Shown piece after piece: positions 38,599-50,721 of a stretch of DNA of 64,000 nucleotides (positions within the stretch are counted from its first letter, which is position 1; each line of letters opens with the position of its first letter). The translations under genes and the position numbers were made by a program. The DNA is taken from NCBI GenBank assembly GCA_963422735.1, contig OY730476.1, positions 1,312,001 to 1,376,000 on the forward strand, read 5' to 3'. Below the pieces are notes generated by a model. It was not told where the DNA came from, searched no databases, and was given only the letters and a program-made list of their open reading frames with translations. Origin of the DNA: Candidatus Latescibacterota bacterium (lineage in GTDB: Bacteria; Latescibacterota; UBA2968; UBA8231).

Positions 38599-38620
38599 TA
38601 GAACTGACTGGTCAGTTCTA
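38599..38620. promoter_or_regulatory. Palindromic operator (TetR-like) abutting the -35 box
   Basis: TAGAACTGAC-TG-GTCAGTTCTA, perfect 10-bp arms. Confidence 0.75.
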
Positions 38621-38838
38621 ATCAGTTGGACGATAGGCCGCCAATCGCTCCGCCGCAGACGAATATCATGGCCCGGTCCTTCTTGCCCGTTTTGAGGATG
38701 CCGAGGATTTTAACTCCCGGATGCGTTGCATAGTCAGAATTAGTAGTCGCCCCATTAGACCATCGATTGAATCTATTCATTCCCATGCGGTTTCATTTTT
38801 TGTGCCGCTGCCGTCTAAAGGTGATAATGTCAATGAAT

Positions 38839-38861
38839 TACTAATTAATACTGAATTAGTA
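38839..38861. promoter_or_regulatory. AT-rich inverted repeat, candidate regulator site
   Basis: TACTAATT-N7-AATTAGTA between divergent genes. Confidence 0.4.
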
Positions 38862-38920
38862 TATTAAACGCCCGTGCGAGCATCGCTGTCGAGGGACTGG
38901 CATAAGCGTCTCGTTCACTT

Positions 38921-38949
38921 TTGCAGGCCGCGGCTACAGCCCCTATAAT
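38921..38949 (+). promoter_or_regulatory. Sigma70-type promoter
   Basis: TTGCAG, 17 nt, TATAAT. Confidence 0.65.
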
Positions 38950-38996
38950 TGGGCCGTATGCAAAAAAATCAAACACCGCAAAACAGGAGCAACGTG

Positions 38997-39464
38997 ATGC
39001 GACAGCTCCTCGTGGCCTTGGCGGCCTTGGCGCTGGCAGCCTGTGGCCGAGAGCCCCCTGCTGACCTCATCCCCGCCCAGATTGTCGATGTGCGCGACTT
39101 CGGTGCCGATGGGGTGGCTGTCGTGCTCAAAGGGGACGATGTGCCGCCGTTGCCCATCATCATCGGCCACTGCGAGGCACGGGCGTTAGTCGGGGCCATG
39201 CGGGACGAAGATTTCCCGCGCCCGCTCGCGTACGATCTATTGGAGGCGATGCTGGAGAAGCTGCAAGGCGAGGTGATGCACCTCGTCGTCCACAGCATCA
39301 AGGACAACACCTTTCGCGCCAACTTGTACATTGAGACCGCAGCTGGCGAGTGGGTACTCGATTGCCGGCCCAGCGACGGCATGGTGCTGGTGACGCGCCT
39401 CGGAGCACCGATTTACTTGCGACCGCGGCTCTTTGAACCCAAAGACCTAAGCCCACAGGTATAA
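38997..39464 (+). CDS. Bifunctional nuclease (DUF151/BFN) domain protein with lipoprotein signal
   Basis: LPIIIGHCEA, RPLAYDL, DCRPSDG..L....APIY; N-terminal MRQLLVALAALALAAC; AGGAG RBS. Confidence 0.85.
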   Translation: MRQLLVALAALALAACGREPPADLIPAQIVDVRDFGADGVAVVLKGDDVPPLPIIIGHCEARALVGAMRDEDFPRPLAYDLLEAMLEKLQGEVMHLVVHSIKDNTFRANLYIETAAGEWVLDCRPSDGMVLVTRLGAPIYLRPRLFEPKDLSPQV

Positions 39465-39487
39465 CCAACAACCGCGAGGAGGGTGCC

Positions 39488-40489
39488 GTGGCCTATCGAG
39501 TCGGCCTCGTGGGCACGGGTGGCATCGCCCGCGCCCACGGCAAGGCCTGCAAGCAGATCGCCGAAGCTGAACTCGTCGCCATCTGCGACGTGTCCGCCGA
39601 GCAACTAGCGCGCTACGGCGAGGAATTTGGCGTTGCAGCGCGCTATACCGAGCTGGACACCATGCTCCACGAGGCCGAGCTGGACATTGCCATCATCTGC
39701 ACTTGGGGTGCCTTTCACGCGGAGACCGGGATTCGGATCTGCGATTCGGGGCGGGTAAAGGCCGTGCTTTGCGAAAAGCCCTTCACCCAAAATGCTACCC
39801 AAGCAGCGGCCTTTGCCGCAGCCGGCAGGAAAAACCGCGTCCTCGTGGCCGAGGCGTTTAAGTTTCGCCATCACCCCATGCACTTGCGGGCCAAGGCCAT
39901 GATCGACGCCGGCGCGATCGGCGACTTGGTCGGCGTGCGGAGCACCTTTTGCACCAGTTCAGGAGGCGCACTCAAAGAACGCTCGCCCGAGTCGAATTGG
40001 CGCTTCAACAAGGCCAAAGGCGGCGGCAGTATCTATGACTTGGCCTGTTACAACATTCACCACGCGCGGTTCGCGTTTGGCGAGGAGCCGGAGCGGGTGT
40101 TTGCCGCGCAGCAGCCGGGCTTGGAGACCGACGATGCCGCGTCGATTGTGCTCGTCTTTTCCGGGGGCCGCACCGCGCAGATCGCCGTGGGTTTTAATGC
40201 GTTCAACTCGCAGTACGCGGAAATTTCCGGGCACCGCGGGATGCTGCGGCTAGACCAGGTGTGGAACAACGAGAATCGGGCCGTCACCATAGAGCACCGC
40301 ACGCCGAGTGGGGTGGAGGTTGTCGAATTCCCGCCCTGCTTTCAGTTTGCATTGCAGTTACAGCACCTGTGCAAGTGCTTGGCCGAGGGAGGGGAGCATC
40401 GGATCATGCCGGAGCACAGCGTGCGGCAGATGCAGGTATTAGATGCGGTGAAGGAGTCTATGGAGACAAGACGGGCGGTGGAATTGTAA
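39488..40489 (+). CDS. Gfo/Idh/MocA family oxidoreductase
   Basis: GLVGTGGI, CEKPF, EAFKFRHHP, GGSIYDLACY. Confidence 0.93.
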   Translation: MAYRVGLVGTGGIARAHGKACKQIAEAELVAICDVSAEQLARYGEEFGVAARYTELDTMLHEAELDIAIICTWGAFHAETGIRICDSGRVKAVLCEKPFTQNATQAAAFAAAGRKNRVLVAEAFKFRHHPMHLRAKAMIDAGAIGDLVGVRSTFCTSSGGALKERSPESNWRFNKAKGGGSIYDLACYNIHHARFAFGEEPERVFAAQQPGLETDDAASIVLVFSGGRTAQIAVGFNAFNSQYAEISGHRGMLRLDQVWNNENRAVTIEHRTPSGVEVVEFPPCFQFALQLQHLCKCLAEGGEHRIMPEHSVRQMQVLDAVKESMETRRAVEL

Positions 40490-40598
40490 TACCATTCTGA
40501 CCTAGACGCACGACCCCCATCTGCACACCCTTCTTGTGGTTGCCCTGGTGCTGTAACGAAATCCGGGGGCTGCCTTTTAACGAAAGAAAGGATGAATC

Positions 40599-41687
40599 AT
40601 GCGCGTTGGCATTATTGGACACACTGGCCGCGGCAACTACGGCCACTACCTCGATATGGCTTTTGTCGGGGTAGAAGGCGCGGAGATTGTGGCGCTGGCC
40701 GATCCCGACGAGGCGGGACGCCAAGCCGCCGTCGCCAAGACCGGAGCGCCCAAGGGATACGCCGATTACGTACAGATGTTAGAGGCGGAGAAGCCGGATG
40801 TTGCGGTGGTAGCCTCGCGGGAGATCGGCGATCATCTGGCGTTGGTGCTCCATTGTGTGGAGCGCGGGGCGCATGTGTACCTCGAAAAGCCGGTGGCGGC
40901 TTCGGTCGCCCAAGTTGACCAGATGATCGCAGCGCGCGATAAGGCAAAAGTGACGGTGGTGGTGGCGCATCCTTGGCGAGGGCATCCGCCGATCCAGAGG
41001 GTGGCGATTCCAGCACTTAAGGCGGGGAAAATCGGCCAGCCGAGGCTGTGCCGGATCTATGGGATGGGCGGCGCGCACGGCGGGGATCAACTGTTTTTGG
41101 ACTTGTATCCACATTTTTTTGACTTTCTCTGGCAGTCGTTTGGGGAGCCGCTGTGGTGTCATGCACATCTGACGCAGGGTGGGCGCAGCGCGACGCCAGC
41201 AGATGTACAGGAAGGCGTTGAAGGGATGGGCTTGGTGGCCGGAGACGGGATCAAGGCGTACTACGAGTTCTCAGGCGGAGTGGCTGCCGATTTTGAGTCC
41301 TACCGGGGGGATGGGAAGGAGAATCCCTATCGCATCGACATTCACGGGACGGAAGGGACTTTGTCACTGCCCGGGCCGATGGTCAATCTGCCGGATATTT
41401 ACTACCACCCGCTGGTCAACCCCGGGCTGATCGGCGATCCGCGCTGGGAGGTTGTGCCCTCGTCGCCGCCGCCGGACGAGCACAAGTGGCTCAACGCGCA
41501 CCGCCGCATGGCGCGGTCCATGATCGACCTGATCGAAGGCCGCAAGCCAGAATGGGAGCTGGTAGAGCTGGAGAATGCGCGGCTCTATCTAGAAATGGCG
41601 ATGATGGCCCACGCCTCGCATAGGGCCGGAGCGCGGGTTGGGCTGCCGCTCGAGAGCACGGCAAACCCGTTTGACGACTGGAATTAG
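40599..41687 (+). CDS. Gfo/Idh/MocA family oxidoreductase
   Basis: GIIGHTGRGNYGH, YLEKP, D...H, IHGTEG. Confidence 0.9.
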   Translation: MRVGIIGHTGRGNYGHYLDMAFVGVEGAEIVALADPDEAGRQAAVAKTGAPKGYADYVQMLEAEKPDVAVVASREIGDHLALVLHCVERGAHVYLEKPVAASVAQVDQMIAARDKAKVTVVVAHPWRGHPPIQRVAIPALKAGKIGQPRLCRIYGMGGAHGGDQLFLDLYPHFFDFLWQSFGEPLWCHAHLTQGGRSATPADVQEGVEGMGLVAGDGIKAYYEFSGGVAADFESYRGDGKENPYRIDIHGTEGTLSLPGPMVNLPDIYYHPLVNPGLIGDPRWEVVPSSPPPDEHKWLNAHRRMARSMIDLIEGRKPEWELVELENARLYLEMAMMAHASHRAGARVGLPLESTANPFDDWN

Positions 41688-41692
41688 CCGCC

Positions 41693-42120
41693 TCAATCCC
41701 CGTCGCGTTCATACCAGTAGTGCTGCATTTTGGGTACGTAAAGGACGCCGACCACGCAATCAGCCCCAGCCCGATCAGCGATTCAATACCCGCCAACAGC
41801 CGCGCCGGCCCCAACGGCGCGATGTCGCCGTACCCCAGCGAGGTGTACGTGACCAGCGAGAAATACAGGATGTCGGTTGGCCCGGACACTACGCCGGAGA
41901 GAGTGGCTATGTCGACGGCGAGTAGGTAGTACCAGCCAACGGCAAAAATCGCGACCTCGACGAAGTGGGCGCAGAGAGTCAAGAACACGACGAACAACAC
42001 TCGGATGCGCGAGGCAATCGGCCGCTTCTCCAGCTAGCGCGAACCAAAGGCGATCGCCTCGTAGTGGACGCCGATGGCGATCAGGATTGGTACAATCAAA
42101 ACAGGTAGTATGATTGCCAT
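41693..42120 (-). pseudogene. Small K+ channel (Ion_trans_2) pseudogene
   Basis: YFSLVTYTSLGYGDIAP filter; in-frame TAG at 42034-42036 and a frameshift near 41730. Confidence 0.82.
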
Positions 42121-42125
42121 TACAA

Positions 42126-43571
<1,446 letters not shown>

Positions 43572-43574
43572 AAG

Positions 43575-44087
43575 CTACTCGTCGTTATGTACATCCTCTG
43601 CGCCGCCCAAGCCCACCCACTCCCCGTGGCCAGCCGTGCTGTGGCAGTGAACGCAGTGCCGGGCTTCGGCCTCGACGATTTGGTGGACAAAGGCACTGTG
43701 ACACGCGAGGCAGTTTTGCTGCAAGATGCGGGCGTTTTTCTCTTTGATGAAGATCGGCTCGGAGAAGTTTTGCAGCACAAAGGCTGTAGAGTGATTCCAG
43801 CCGTTTTCGGCCTTAGCCAGATACTTGCTCAAGAAGCTGCGCGGCAGATGGCAATCGACGCAAGTGGCCGCGGCATGGTGACTGGATTTGCGATAGGAAT
43901 CTAGCTGGGGCCGCATGATATGGCAGTTGGCACATGCGGCCGGATCCGTGCTGAAATAGGATAGCCCCTCTCCGTAATGAAAGGTAAAGGCCCCCACCCC
44001 GATTAGGGCGGCCAGCCATAACAAGCCGATCTGCAAATAGGGACTTGTTGAACGCATGGATGCTTTTTCGGCCGCCTTGTAAGTCAT
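43575..44087 (-). CDS. nrfH: Tetraheme quinol dehydrogenase, small subunit
   Basis: TM anchor, CANCHIM, CVDCH, CLACH, CVHCH; upstream of nrfA. Confidence 0.93.
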   Translation of the reverse strand: MTYKAAEKASMRSTSPYLQIGLLWLAALIGVGAFTFHYGEGLSYFSTDPAACANCHIMRPQLDSYRKSSHHAAATCVDCHLPRSFLSKYLAKAENGWNHSTAFVLQNFSEPIFIKEKNARILQQNCLACHSAFVHQIVEAEARHCVHCHSTAGHGEWVGLGGAEDVHNDE

Positions 44088-44268
44088 TTGCCGAGTCGGT
44101 ATTTTGGGTGACTAAAAATAATACATGGATAGAGGGATGGGAACAGACCCCAATCCCCTGCGGTTAGTTATCCTTGCTTTCGACAGGCACAGGGGAGAAG
44201 CGAATCGCCGTCGTCCGATGGGCAACGACGGCGATTCAACTCAGGTTATGACCTATGCAGGGTGGGCG

Positions 44269-44523
44269 TTACGGGAGCTTATACAGAATCACGCCGAGGA
44301 TCGATAGTCAACTAGCGAACAACAGGCCGAGAAACCAATTCATGCGGCGGTCTATACTCTCGATCTTGCGTTCAACCGCGTCAAAGCGGGCGGCTGTGTT
44401 CCTCTCCAAGCTGTCGATCTTGCGTTCAACAGTGTCAAAGCGGTGGTCATGCTGCTCAATTAGCGTTTCCAAGCGGGCCAAGGTGATGTCGTATTGGTGA
44501 ACTTTGGTTTCAACTTCGTTCAT
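44269..44523 (-). pseudogene. Small coiled-coil tail-anchored protein with premature TGA in the anchor
   Basis: RFDxVERKIxS repeat (54-nt period); frame continues past TGA at 44308 as LSILGVILYKLP*; AGGAG RBS. Confidence 0.65.
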
Positions 44524-44615
44524 CTGACTTCTCCTTTCCCATTCGCGGGCGGGCCGATCCTGTCTGTTGACAAAAGATAGCGGCTGTGCTCCTAATTAAA
44601 AAATTCCAAGCGGCG

Positions 44616-46197
44616 ATGATAGCAATGTGCTGGATTTTCGCGCTGCTCTGTCTGTGGGGCGTAGCTGCGGCCGCCCAACCCCGGTACGTGGATGTGCCGC
44701 GGTGGCTGGCATTGAATTCGAGCACTGCAATGGGGCTAAGGGGCAGAAGCAATTGCCCGAGACTATGGGGTCGGGCGTGGCCTTTTTTGACTATGACGCC
44801 GACGGCTGGCTCGACCTGTATTGGGTCAATCTCGCGGGTCCAGCCGCGCTCTACCACAACGAAGGGAATGGCCGTTTTGCCGAGCAGACGCGAGCGGCCG
44901 GGGTGGGGAATTCCGGGTGCGGCATGGGCGCGGTAACTGCTGACTACGACAACGATGGCGACCCGGACTTGTACATCACCTGCTACGGCGCGAACATTCT
45001 CTACCGCAATCGCGGCGATAGCCGCTTTGTCGACGTCACGGCTGTGGCTGGCGTAGGCGACGAGGGCTTCGGCACGGGCGCGGCCTTCGGCGACTGGGAT
45101 CTCGACGGCGATTTAGACTTGTACGTGGCCAATTATCTGGACTTTCGCGCCGACCCGGACCGCGCCTGTTTTCGCCAGGATAGCGTCCGGGTCTATTGCG
45201 CGCCCTGGACCTATGCGCCCGAAGCGGATGCGTTCTAACGCAACGACGGCGGCCGCTTCGCCGAGGTCGGCGCGGAAGTGGGACTTGCTCCGGGTCGGGC
45301 GCGGGAGTTGGGCGCGGTTTTTGCCGATTGGGATCTCGACGGCGACTTAGACCTGTTCGCCGCGGGCGATGGCACACCCAATTTGCTCTACCAGAACGAG
45401 GGCGGCCATTTTGCGGAAATGGGTTTGATCGCCGGGGTTTCCCACAATAGGCAGGGCCAATCCGAAGCCGGCATGGGCGTGGCCGCGGGCGATTACGACA
45501 ACGACGGGGCCGTTGATTTTTTCGCGACTAATTTTTACTTGGAGACCAATACCCTGTACCACAACGAGGGCGAGGGGGTTTTTCGCGACCGGACGACGGA
45601 CGCCAAATTAGGCAAGCCCTCGCTGGCGTACCTGTCTTGGGGCACGGCTTTCTTCGACTGGGATCTCGACGGCGATGAGGATCTTTTCGTGGCCAATGGC
45701 CCCATCGACGACAACGTAGAGTTTTTCGCCGAGACCACGTACGCGCAGCCCAATCAATTGTTCAGAAACGACGGCGCTGTTGGGTTTGTCGATGTCAGCG
45801 CTGCGGCCGGGCTTGGTGCTGTGCAGTCAAGCCGGGGGGTGGCCTTGGGCGATTGCGACAACGACGGCGACCTCGATATTGCGGTGGCCCACATCAATGC
45901 GCCCCCCTCGCTTCTGCGCAACGACATGGGCGGCAAGCACAACTACTTAGCCGTCCGCACGGTAGGCGTGGAGAGCGCGTCGGCACTCGCATCCGCGTAT
46001 GCACCGGGCCTCGGGTACAAGTGAGGGAGGTGCGACGCGGCGGCAGCTATCTGTCGAGCCACGACCCACGCGTCTTTTTTGGTCTCGGCGCCAGCGCACA
46101 GGCCGACGAAGTGGAGATTCGCTGGCCCAGCGGCAAGGTGCAGCAGTTCGACGGAGTGCCGGCCGGACAAGTGTTGACCGCGGAGGAGCCGCGATGA
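44616..46197 (+). pseudogene. CRTAC1-family FG-GAP/VCBS repeat plus ASPIC/UnbV protein, disrupted
   Basis: DxDxDGxxD repeats and GGSYLS...FGLG...WPSG; frameshift near 44695, in-frame TAA at 45236, frameshift near 45975. Confidence 0.88.
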
Positions 46198-47368
46198 TTA
46201 GGGCTGCGGGCCTAGTGCTGTTGCTCATCGGCTGCCAAGAGCAGGAGCCGCCCTTAGCTACAGGACGCGCGTATTTCGAGCAGGGGCTTGAACACGCCCA
46301 AGGCGGGCGTTTCCACGCAGCCATTGTCGCGTACAAGCAAGCGGCCGTGCAGATGCCCGGCGCGCCCCAAGTCCATTACAATCTGGCCAATGCCTATTTT
46401 TTGACCGATGCCCTCGACCAAGCCGAAGCCGCGTACCAAAAAGCCATAGCACTCAAGCCCGACTACGCGGATGCGTACTACCAGCTCGGTGCCGTGTACA
46501 TTCGGCAAAAAAAGTACGAGGCGGCCTACGCGCCGCTCCGCCAAGCATTGGAAAGCGACCCGAGGCACATTTCCGCCTACAATGCCTTGGGTCTGTTGCA
46601 CATCCGGCAGGGCGCATACCAAGAAGCCGCCGTCCTGTACGAGCGCGCCTTGCAGGCCGATTCGACGCACTATGAACTCTGGTACCATCTCGGCCAAGTC
46701 GAAGTCAAGCGCGGCGAGCGCGAAGCAGCGAAAACAGCGTTTGTCCATGCGATTTGCACGGACACAACCCAAGCGGGTGCGTACGCGGGCTTGGGTGCCT
46801 TGTATGTGGAAGAGCGGCGCTACGAGGAGGCCGAGAATCTTTTGCTGCGGGCCGTTGCACTGCGCCCGTTTTGGGCGCGCCCCCACTACGACTTAGGCCA
46901 GGTCTATATGCGCTTAGGCGAGCGGGAAAAGGGCCGCGAGGTGTTGGAGCAATTTGCGCGCCTCGAAGAAGAAGAAAAGATGATCAAGAGTTTGGAGTTT
47001 ACGCTCTTGAGCGAGTCCGAGGACGCGCGCCGCCACTACGACTTGGGCGTACTTTACGGCCAGCGTCGCCAATTCGCCAAGGCCGCTGCACGCTACCGCC
47101 GCGCCCTCGCGCTCGACTCGACTTTTGCGGCGGCCTATGGCGCGAGGAGCACTTCGACGCGGCCCAGCGGCTTTTTGACCAAGCACTCGCCGCGGATTCG
47201 ACCCACGCCAACGTGTACAATAGCCTCGGCAACCTGCACCTGATGCGTCGGGACTTTGCGGCCGCCGCCGCATTTGCCAGCGCGGTGCGCTTGGCCCCAG
47301 AGGACCAAGGATTCCGCGAAAATTTAGACATCACTCGGAGATTGGAGGTTGGGGAAAGCAAAAAATAA
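46194..47368 (+). pseudogene. TPR-repeat lipoprotein, frameshifted near 47140
   Basis: LLIGC lipobox; many TPRs (YNLANAY, YQLGAVY, YNALG); the last TPRs are in another frame. Confidence 0.8.
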
Positions 47369-47468
47369 GGGCTGTTACTCTATATATGATATGTTTTTGG
47401 ACCGGGATGCCCGCGCCTCTAGGGGAAGTCGTCAGCACCAATTTACATCTTCGTCAACCGCCTTATCC

Positions 47469-47960
47469 ATGCGACCAAGTATGTTGCCGCCGATTGAGAA
47501 TCTGTTAGCCATGCCGCCGGATGCAGTAACTGAGCTTCTGTTGGCCGAGCCGGAAGGTCAATGGTTTGACCGCAAAAGCGCGCGTATTTCAGCCCACAGC
47601 TTGGCCGAAACGCTGGTGGCCATTGGCTTTCACGCCGGCGCTTGTGAGGGGATTGACGCCCGACCACAGGCGCAGAATGAATGGCGGCAGGCCGGGATCG
47701 ACTTTGCGCTGCCGCCGGTGCGCTTCGAGCCGATCTTTTTGAAGTGTCGCATGGTGGCCGTGATGGAAGCGAGTGGACTACAGCAGGCGTCGTGGAAATG
47801 ACCCTGTCAAGCGCGATGGTCCAGCCGTGTGCATTGCGCGGCATTTGTTCGAGCAGATCGCGCTGGCCGGCCGGTTGCGGACTGGCGAATTGGTGGCCCG
47901 GTGGTGTTGAGAAATCTGTACGCATTCGCGTCCCGGAGCTTGGTGCGGCGCGTGGGCCAT
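47469..47960 (+). pseudogene. AlbA_2 (Schlafen-like) domain / RecG-C protein remnant
   Basis: EGQWFDRKSARI...LAETLVA with the usual ANxxGG segment missing; truncated. Confidence 0.6.
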
Positions 47961-48004
47961 AGAGCGAGAGACCCACAGGCATATTGGACGGCGAATAAAG
48001 GGAA

Positions 48005-49288
48005 TTAGGCGGCCAGTTCTTTCATCGCTGCGACGAACAGATCTAGTTCATAGGACGTCGTGTATATGTTCGGACAAATGCGCACCGCCCCGGGATAACC
48101 CGGCGGCACAGTGAATATCTTGTATTTGTCGTACAGGGCGTTGGTAATATCCGCGGGATCTTGCCCCTTGATGCCAACGGCGGAAATGGCGCACGAGCGA
48201 TGGGCCTCGCAAGGCGTGTAGAAGACGATGTTGGGCACATCGATCAGGCGATCGACCCAATAGTTTTTGATGTAGCGCAGGCGCGCTTCTTTGCGCTCCA
48301 AGCCGATGGTTTGGTTAAAGCGAACGGCCTCGGCTAAGGCCAGTTGCAAGTAGGCCGGATAGGTGCCGATGTGGGCGAACTTGTGGATCGAGTCCGAGGC
48401 GTACCCACTGTCGCCGAATAGCGGCCACACGTTCTCGATGTTTTCCTTTTTGATGTACAGTATGCCCGTGCCCAGCGGTGCCAACATCCACTTGTGCAAA
48501 CTCGCTCCGTAGTAATCGCAGTGTAGGTCGGAGATTTTGGCGGCCAAATGGGCAAAGGCATGGGCGCCATCGACGATGACTTCCACCCCTTGCTCGTGGG
48601 CCATGTCGCAGATTTCTCGCACAGGCAGCACTTGGCCAGTTAAATAGACGATGTGGGAGACGAGGATCACTTTGGTGCGCGGCGTAATGGCCTTTTTATA
48701 GGCCGCGACGATCTCGGCATTATCCATGGAGGCGATGGGCAGGTCGAGTACCTTGTTGACTATGCCTTCGCGGGCGGCGCGCTGCTCAAACGCGACTTTC
48801 ATACTGCCGTATTCGCAGGTTCCCCACAAAGCCTCGTCTCCGGGTTGTAGCTTCAGCCCCATGATGACGATGTTGAGCGATTCGGTCGTGTTGCGCGTCA
48901 GGAGGATTTCTTCGTCCGAGCAACCGGCAAAGTGCGCTAGCAATTGGTGCATCTCGCGGGTGTCGTCCTCCAGCTTGCACCGCATGTAAAACGAAGGACT
49001 CTCGTTGATCGCACGGGCGTTTTTGCACACCTCATCGACCCCGGCTTCCGGCTGCGGACTGAAATATCCGTTCTCGAAGTTGATAAACTGGGGCGACAAA
49101 TTGAACGCCCCGCGCACGCTGTACCAAAAAGGTTCGTCCGACGCACTGGCCTCTGGAGAGGCTTGGCCGAGGCGTTCAGAGGCCGCGTGGACCTTTTGCA
49201 GGCTATCGGATACCCATATAGACGCAGTCGCCGCGCCGAGTGTGAGGTTGCCCGCCTTTCTAAAAAAGTCCCTTCTCGAATCCGCCAT
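48005..49288 (-). CDS. Class V PLP aminotransferase (isopenicillin N epimerase-like), Tat-exported
   Basis: SRRDFF, RNTTESLN, VDGAHA, SLHKW; likely start ATG 49288. Confidence 0.9.
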   Translation of the reverse strand: MADSRRDFFRKAGNLTLGAATASIWVSDSLQKVHAASERLGQASPEASASDEPFWYSVRGAFNLSPQFINFENGYFSPQPEAGVDEVCKNARAINESPSFYMRCKLEDDTREMHQLLAHFAGCSDEEILLTRNTTESLNIVIMGLKLQPGDEALWGTCEYGSMKVAFEQRAAREGIVNKVLDLPIASMDNAEIVAAYKKAITPRTKVILVSHIVYLTGQVLPVREICDMAHEQGVEVIVDGAHAFAHLAAKISDLHCDYYGASLHKWMLAPLGTGILYIKKENIENVWPLFGDSGYASDSIHKFAHIGTYPAYLQLALAEAVRFNQTIGLERKEARLRYIKNYWVDRLIDVPNIVFYTPCEAHRSCAISAVGIKGQDPADITNALYDKYKIFTVPPGYPGAVRICPNIYTTSYELDLFVAAMKELAA

Positions 49289-49331
49289 TTCCGTGCTCCG
49301 CACGTTGTGATTGGTGGTTGGTAGAGGCTTG

Positions 49332-49949
49332 CTAGCCGGCCAAAAGCCGCGTGGCGGCGTCGCTGGGGTTGAGGTGGGGAATGGAGCGGTTGAGGAAGGT
49401 TTCGAGGAGTTGGGTCGGCGTTAGGTCGGTGGTATCAATGGCGAATTTGCGGCGGATCCAAGAGGCCCGCACCTCTTGCTGGAAACGATCTGATATTTCT
49501 GGCACATCTTCGGCGGGGACCAACGAGTGCGGGTGTGGGGCTGCGGCCATGCGGGCGCGGATTGCTTCAGGCGCGGCGTACAGGTGGACGAGCATAGTGT
49601 CGTCGGGCATGTCTGGCTCGTATTCGCGGATGTCGATGTCGATGCCCGGGTAGTAGTATTTGGGGCCGTACACCTTTTCCTCTATGTGGAAGCCTCCCAA
49701 CAGGATGTCTCGATAGCGGTGCAGCAAGCGCACGTGATAGACGATCTGGAACCGCTGGAAGCGCTCCTTGATAGCCGGCAACATGGTTAGCATGGCTAGC
49801 TGCTCCTCGTCGCTGAGATGATAGGCATCGGGAATGGTAAAATGGTCGTCGAGATGGGGGCTAATTCCGCGACTCAGCCCCCATTGATGCACCTGATCGA
49901 TGAGGGTACTGACGCCTGAGTACTCGCAGCCGACGGCAATGACGCGCAT
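49332..49949 (-). CDS. Hypothetical P-loop kinase-like protein
   Basis: GCEYSGVST Walker-A-like motif; LVHLYA.PE.I..RM and IDTT resemble NMP kinases. Confidence 0.6.
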   Translation of the reverse strand: MRVIAVGCEYSGVSTLIDQVHQWGLSRGISPHLDDHFTIPDAYHLSDEEQLAMLTMLPAIKERFQRFQIVYHVRLLHRYRDILLGGFHIEEKVYGPKYYYPGIDIDIREYEPDMPDDTMLVHLYAAPEAIRARMAAAPHPHSLVPAEDVPEISDRFQQEVRASWIRRKFAIDTTDLTPTQLLETFLNRSIPHLNPSDAATRLLAG

Positions 49950-49993
49950 GAGCTATATCCTTTGGAATGTCGCGAACCGAGCAGAAACTCTGT

Positions 49994-50542
49994 TTAGAGA
50001 AATATATCGCACACCGGCAGGGTCCAGTTCGTCACCACGTCGCCGCCGTCGAGTACGTCGTCGGTAGTCAGGATGCGGATGTCGCCCCGCGAGTGGTACA
50101 GCGCAACCGTTTGGGTGCTTGGATTGACGACCACGACCAAGCGGGTACCAGCGTCGAGCCAATCGGCGATCTTGTCCTCGACTTCGGCGTAGGTATCGCC
50201 CGGTGAGATGACCTCGGCCGCCAAATCGGGGGCACCGGGCCAGAAGCCTGTGGTCAGGCCCACCGCCTCGACCCGCTCGCGCCGGATGAAGGCCGCGTCC
50301 GGCGCTCGCACCACATCAGGGTCTGTGGCCAGTTTGAAGCCGGTTTCGGCCGCATAGACGGCACCTAGGTCATGCGTCTTTACGTGCTGGAAAAGCGGCC
50401 CGGCCAAATTGAGCGCAATCCTGCCGTGTTGGTGGCCGGCTGGACTCATCTTTATCAATTCTCCTCGGACCAGTTCGCAGCGGAAGCCATCGTCCTTCAT
50501 CTGCAATAACTCATCGGCGGTGATCAAAGCGGTAGTCGTCAT
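49994..50542 (-). CDS. Uma2 (DUF820) family endonuclease
   Basis: ELVRGEL..MSP...H, RAPDAAF, APDLAAEVISP, GTRLVVVVNP. Confidence 0.93.
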   Translation of the reverse strand: MTTTALITADELLQMKDDGFRCELVRGELIKMSPAGHQHGRIALNLAGPLFQHVKTHDLGAVYAAETGFKLATDPDVVRAPDAAFIRRERVEAVGLTTGFWPGAPDLAAEVISPGDTYAEVEDKIADWLDAGTRLVVVVNPSTQTVALYHSRGDIRILTTDDVLDGGDVVTNWTLPVCDIFL

Positions 50543-50721
50543 GGGAGCCTCCACAAGGGCAGGAGGGAAAGGAACTTTCTTCTCCGAACCTAGCAAAAGC
50601 GTCTTACGTGTCAAGCACTCGTTGCTCGGTCCTGCCAATTTTATTTGGTGCCTCGTAAACACTGCGTATATTGGCAATCATGTTTGACTTTGGTACTCAA
50701 CCCCTTAGAAAGGAAATCATA

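Noticed and set aside
38622-38786. 54-aa minus-strand ORF upstream of the RND operator
   Set aside because: No RBS or recognisable motif; unsupported
27201-42036. TAG recoding suggested by in-frame TAGs at 27201 and 42034
   Set aside because: Both genes have other lesions, and many intact genes (tyrS, birA, nadB, nrfA) end at TAG
44308-44310. TGA read as Trp or Sec
   Set aside because: Single case; TGA is the normal stop of recQ, hisI, pncA and others
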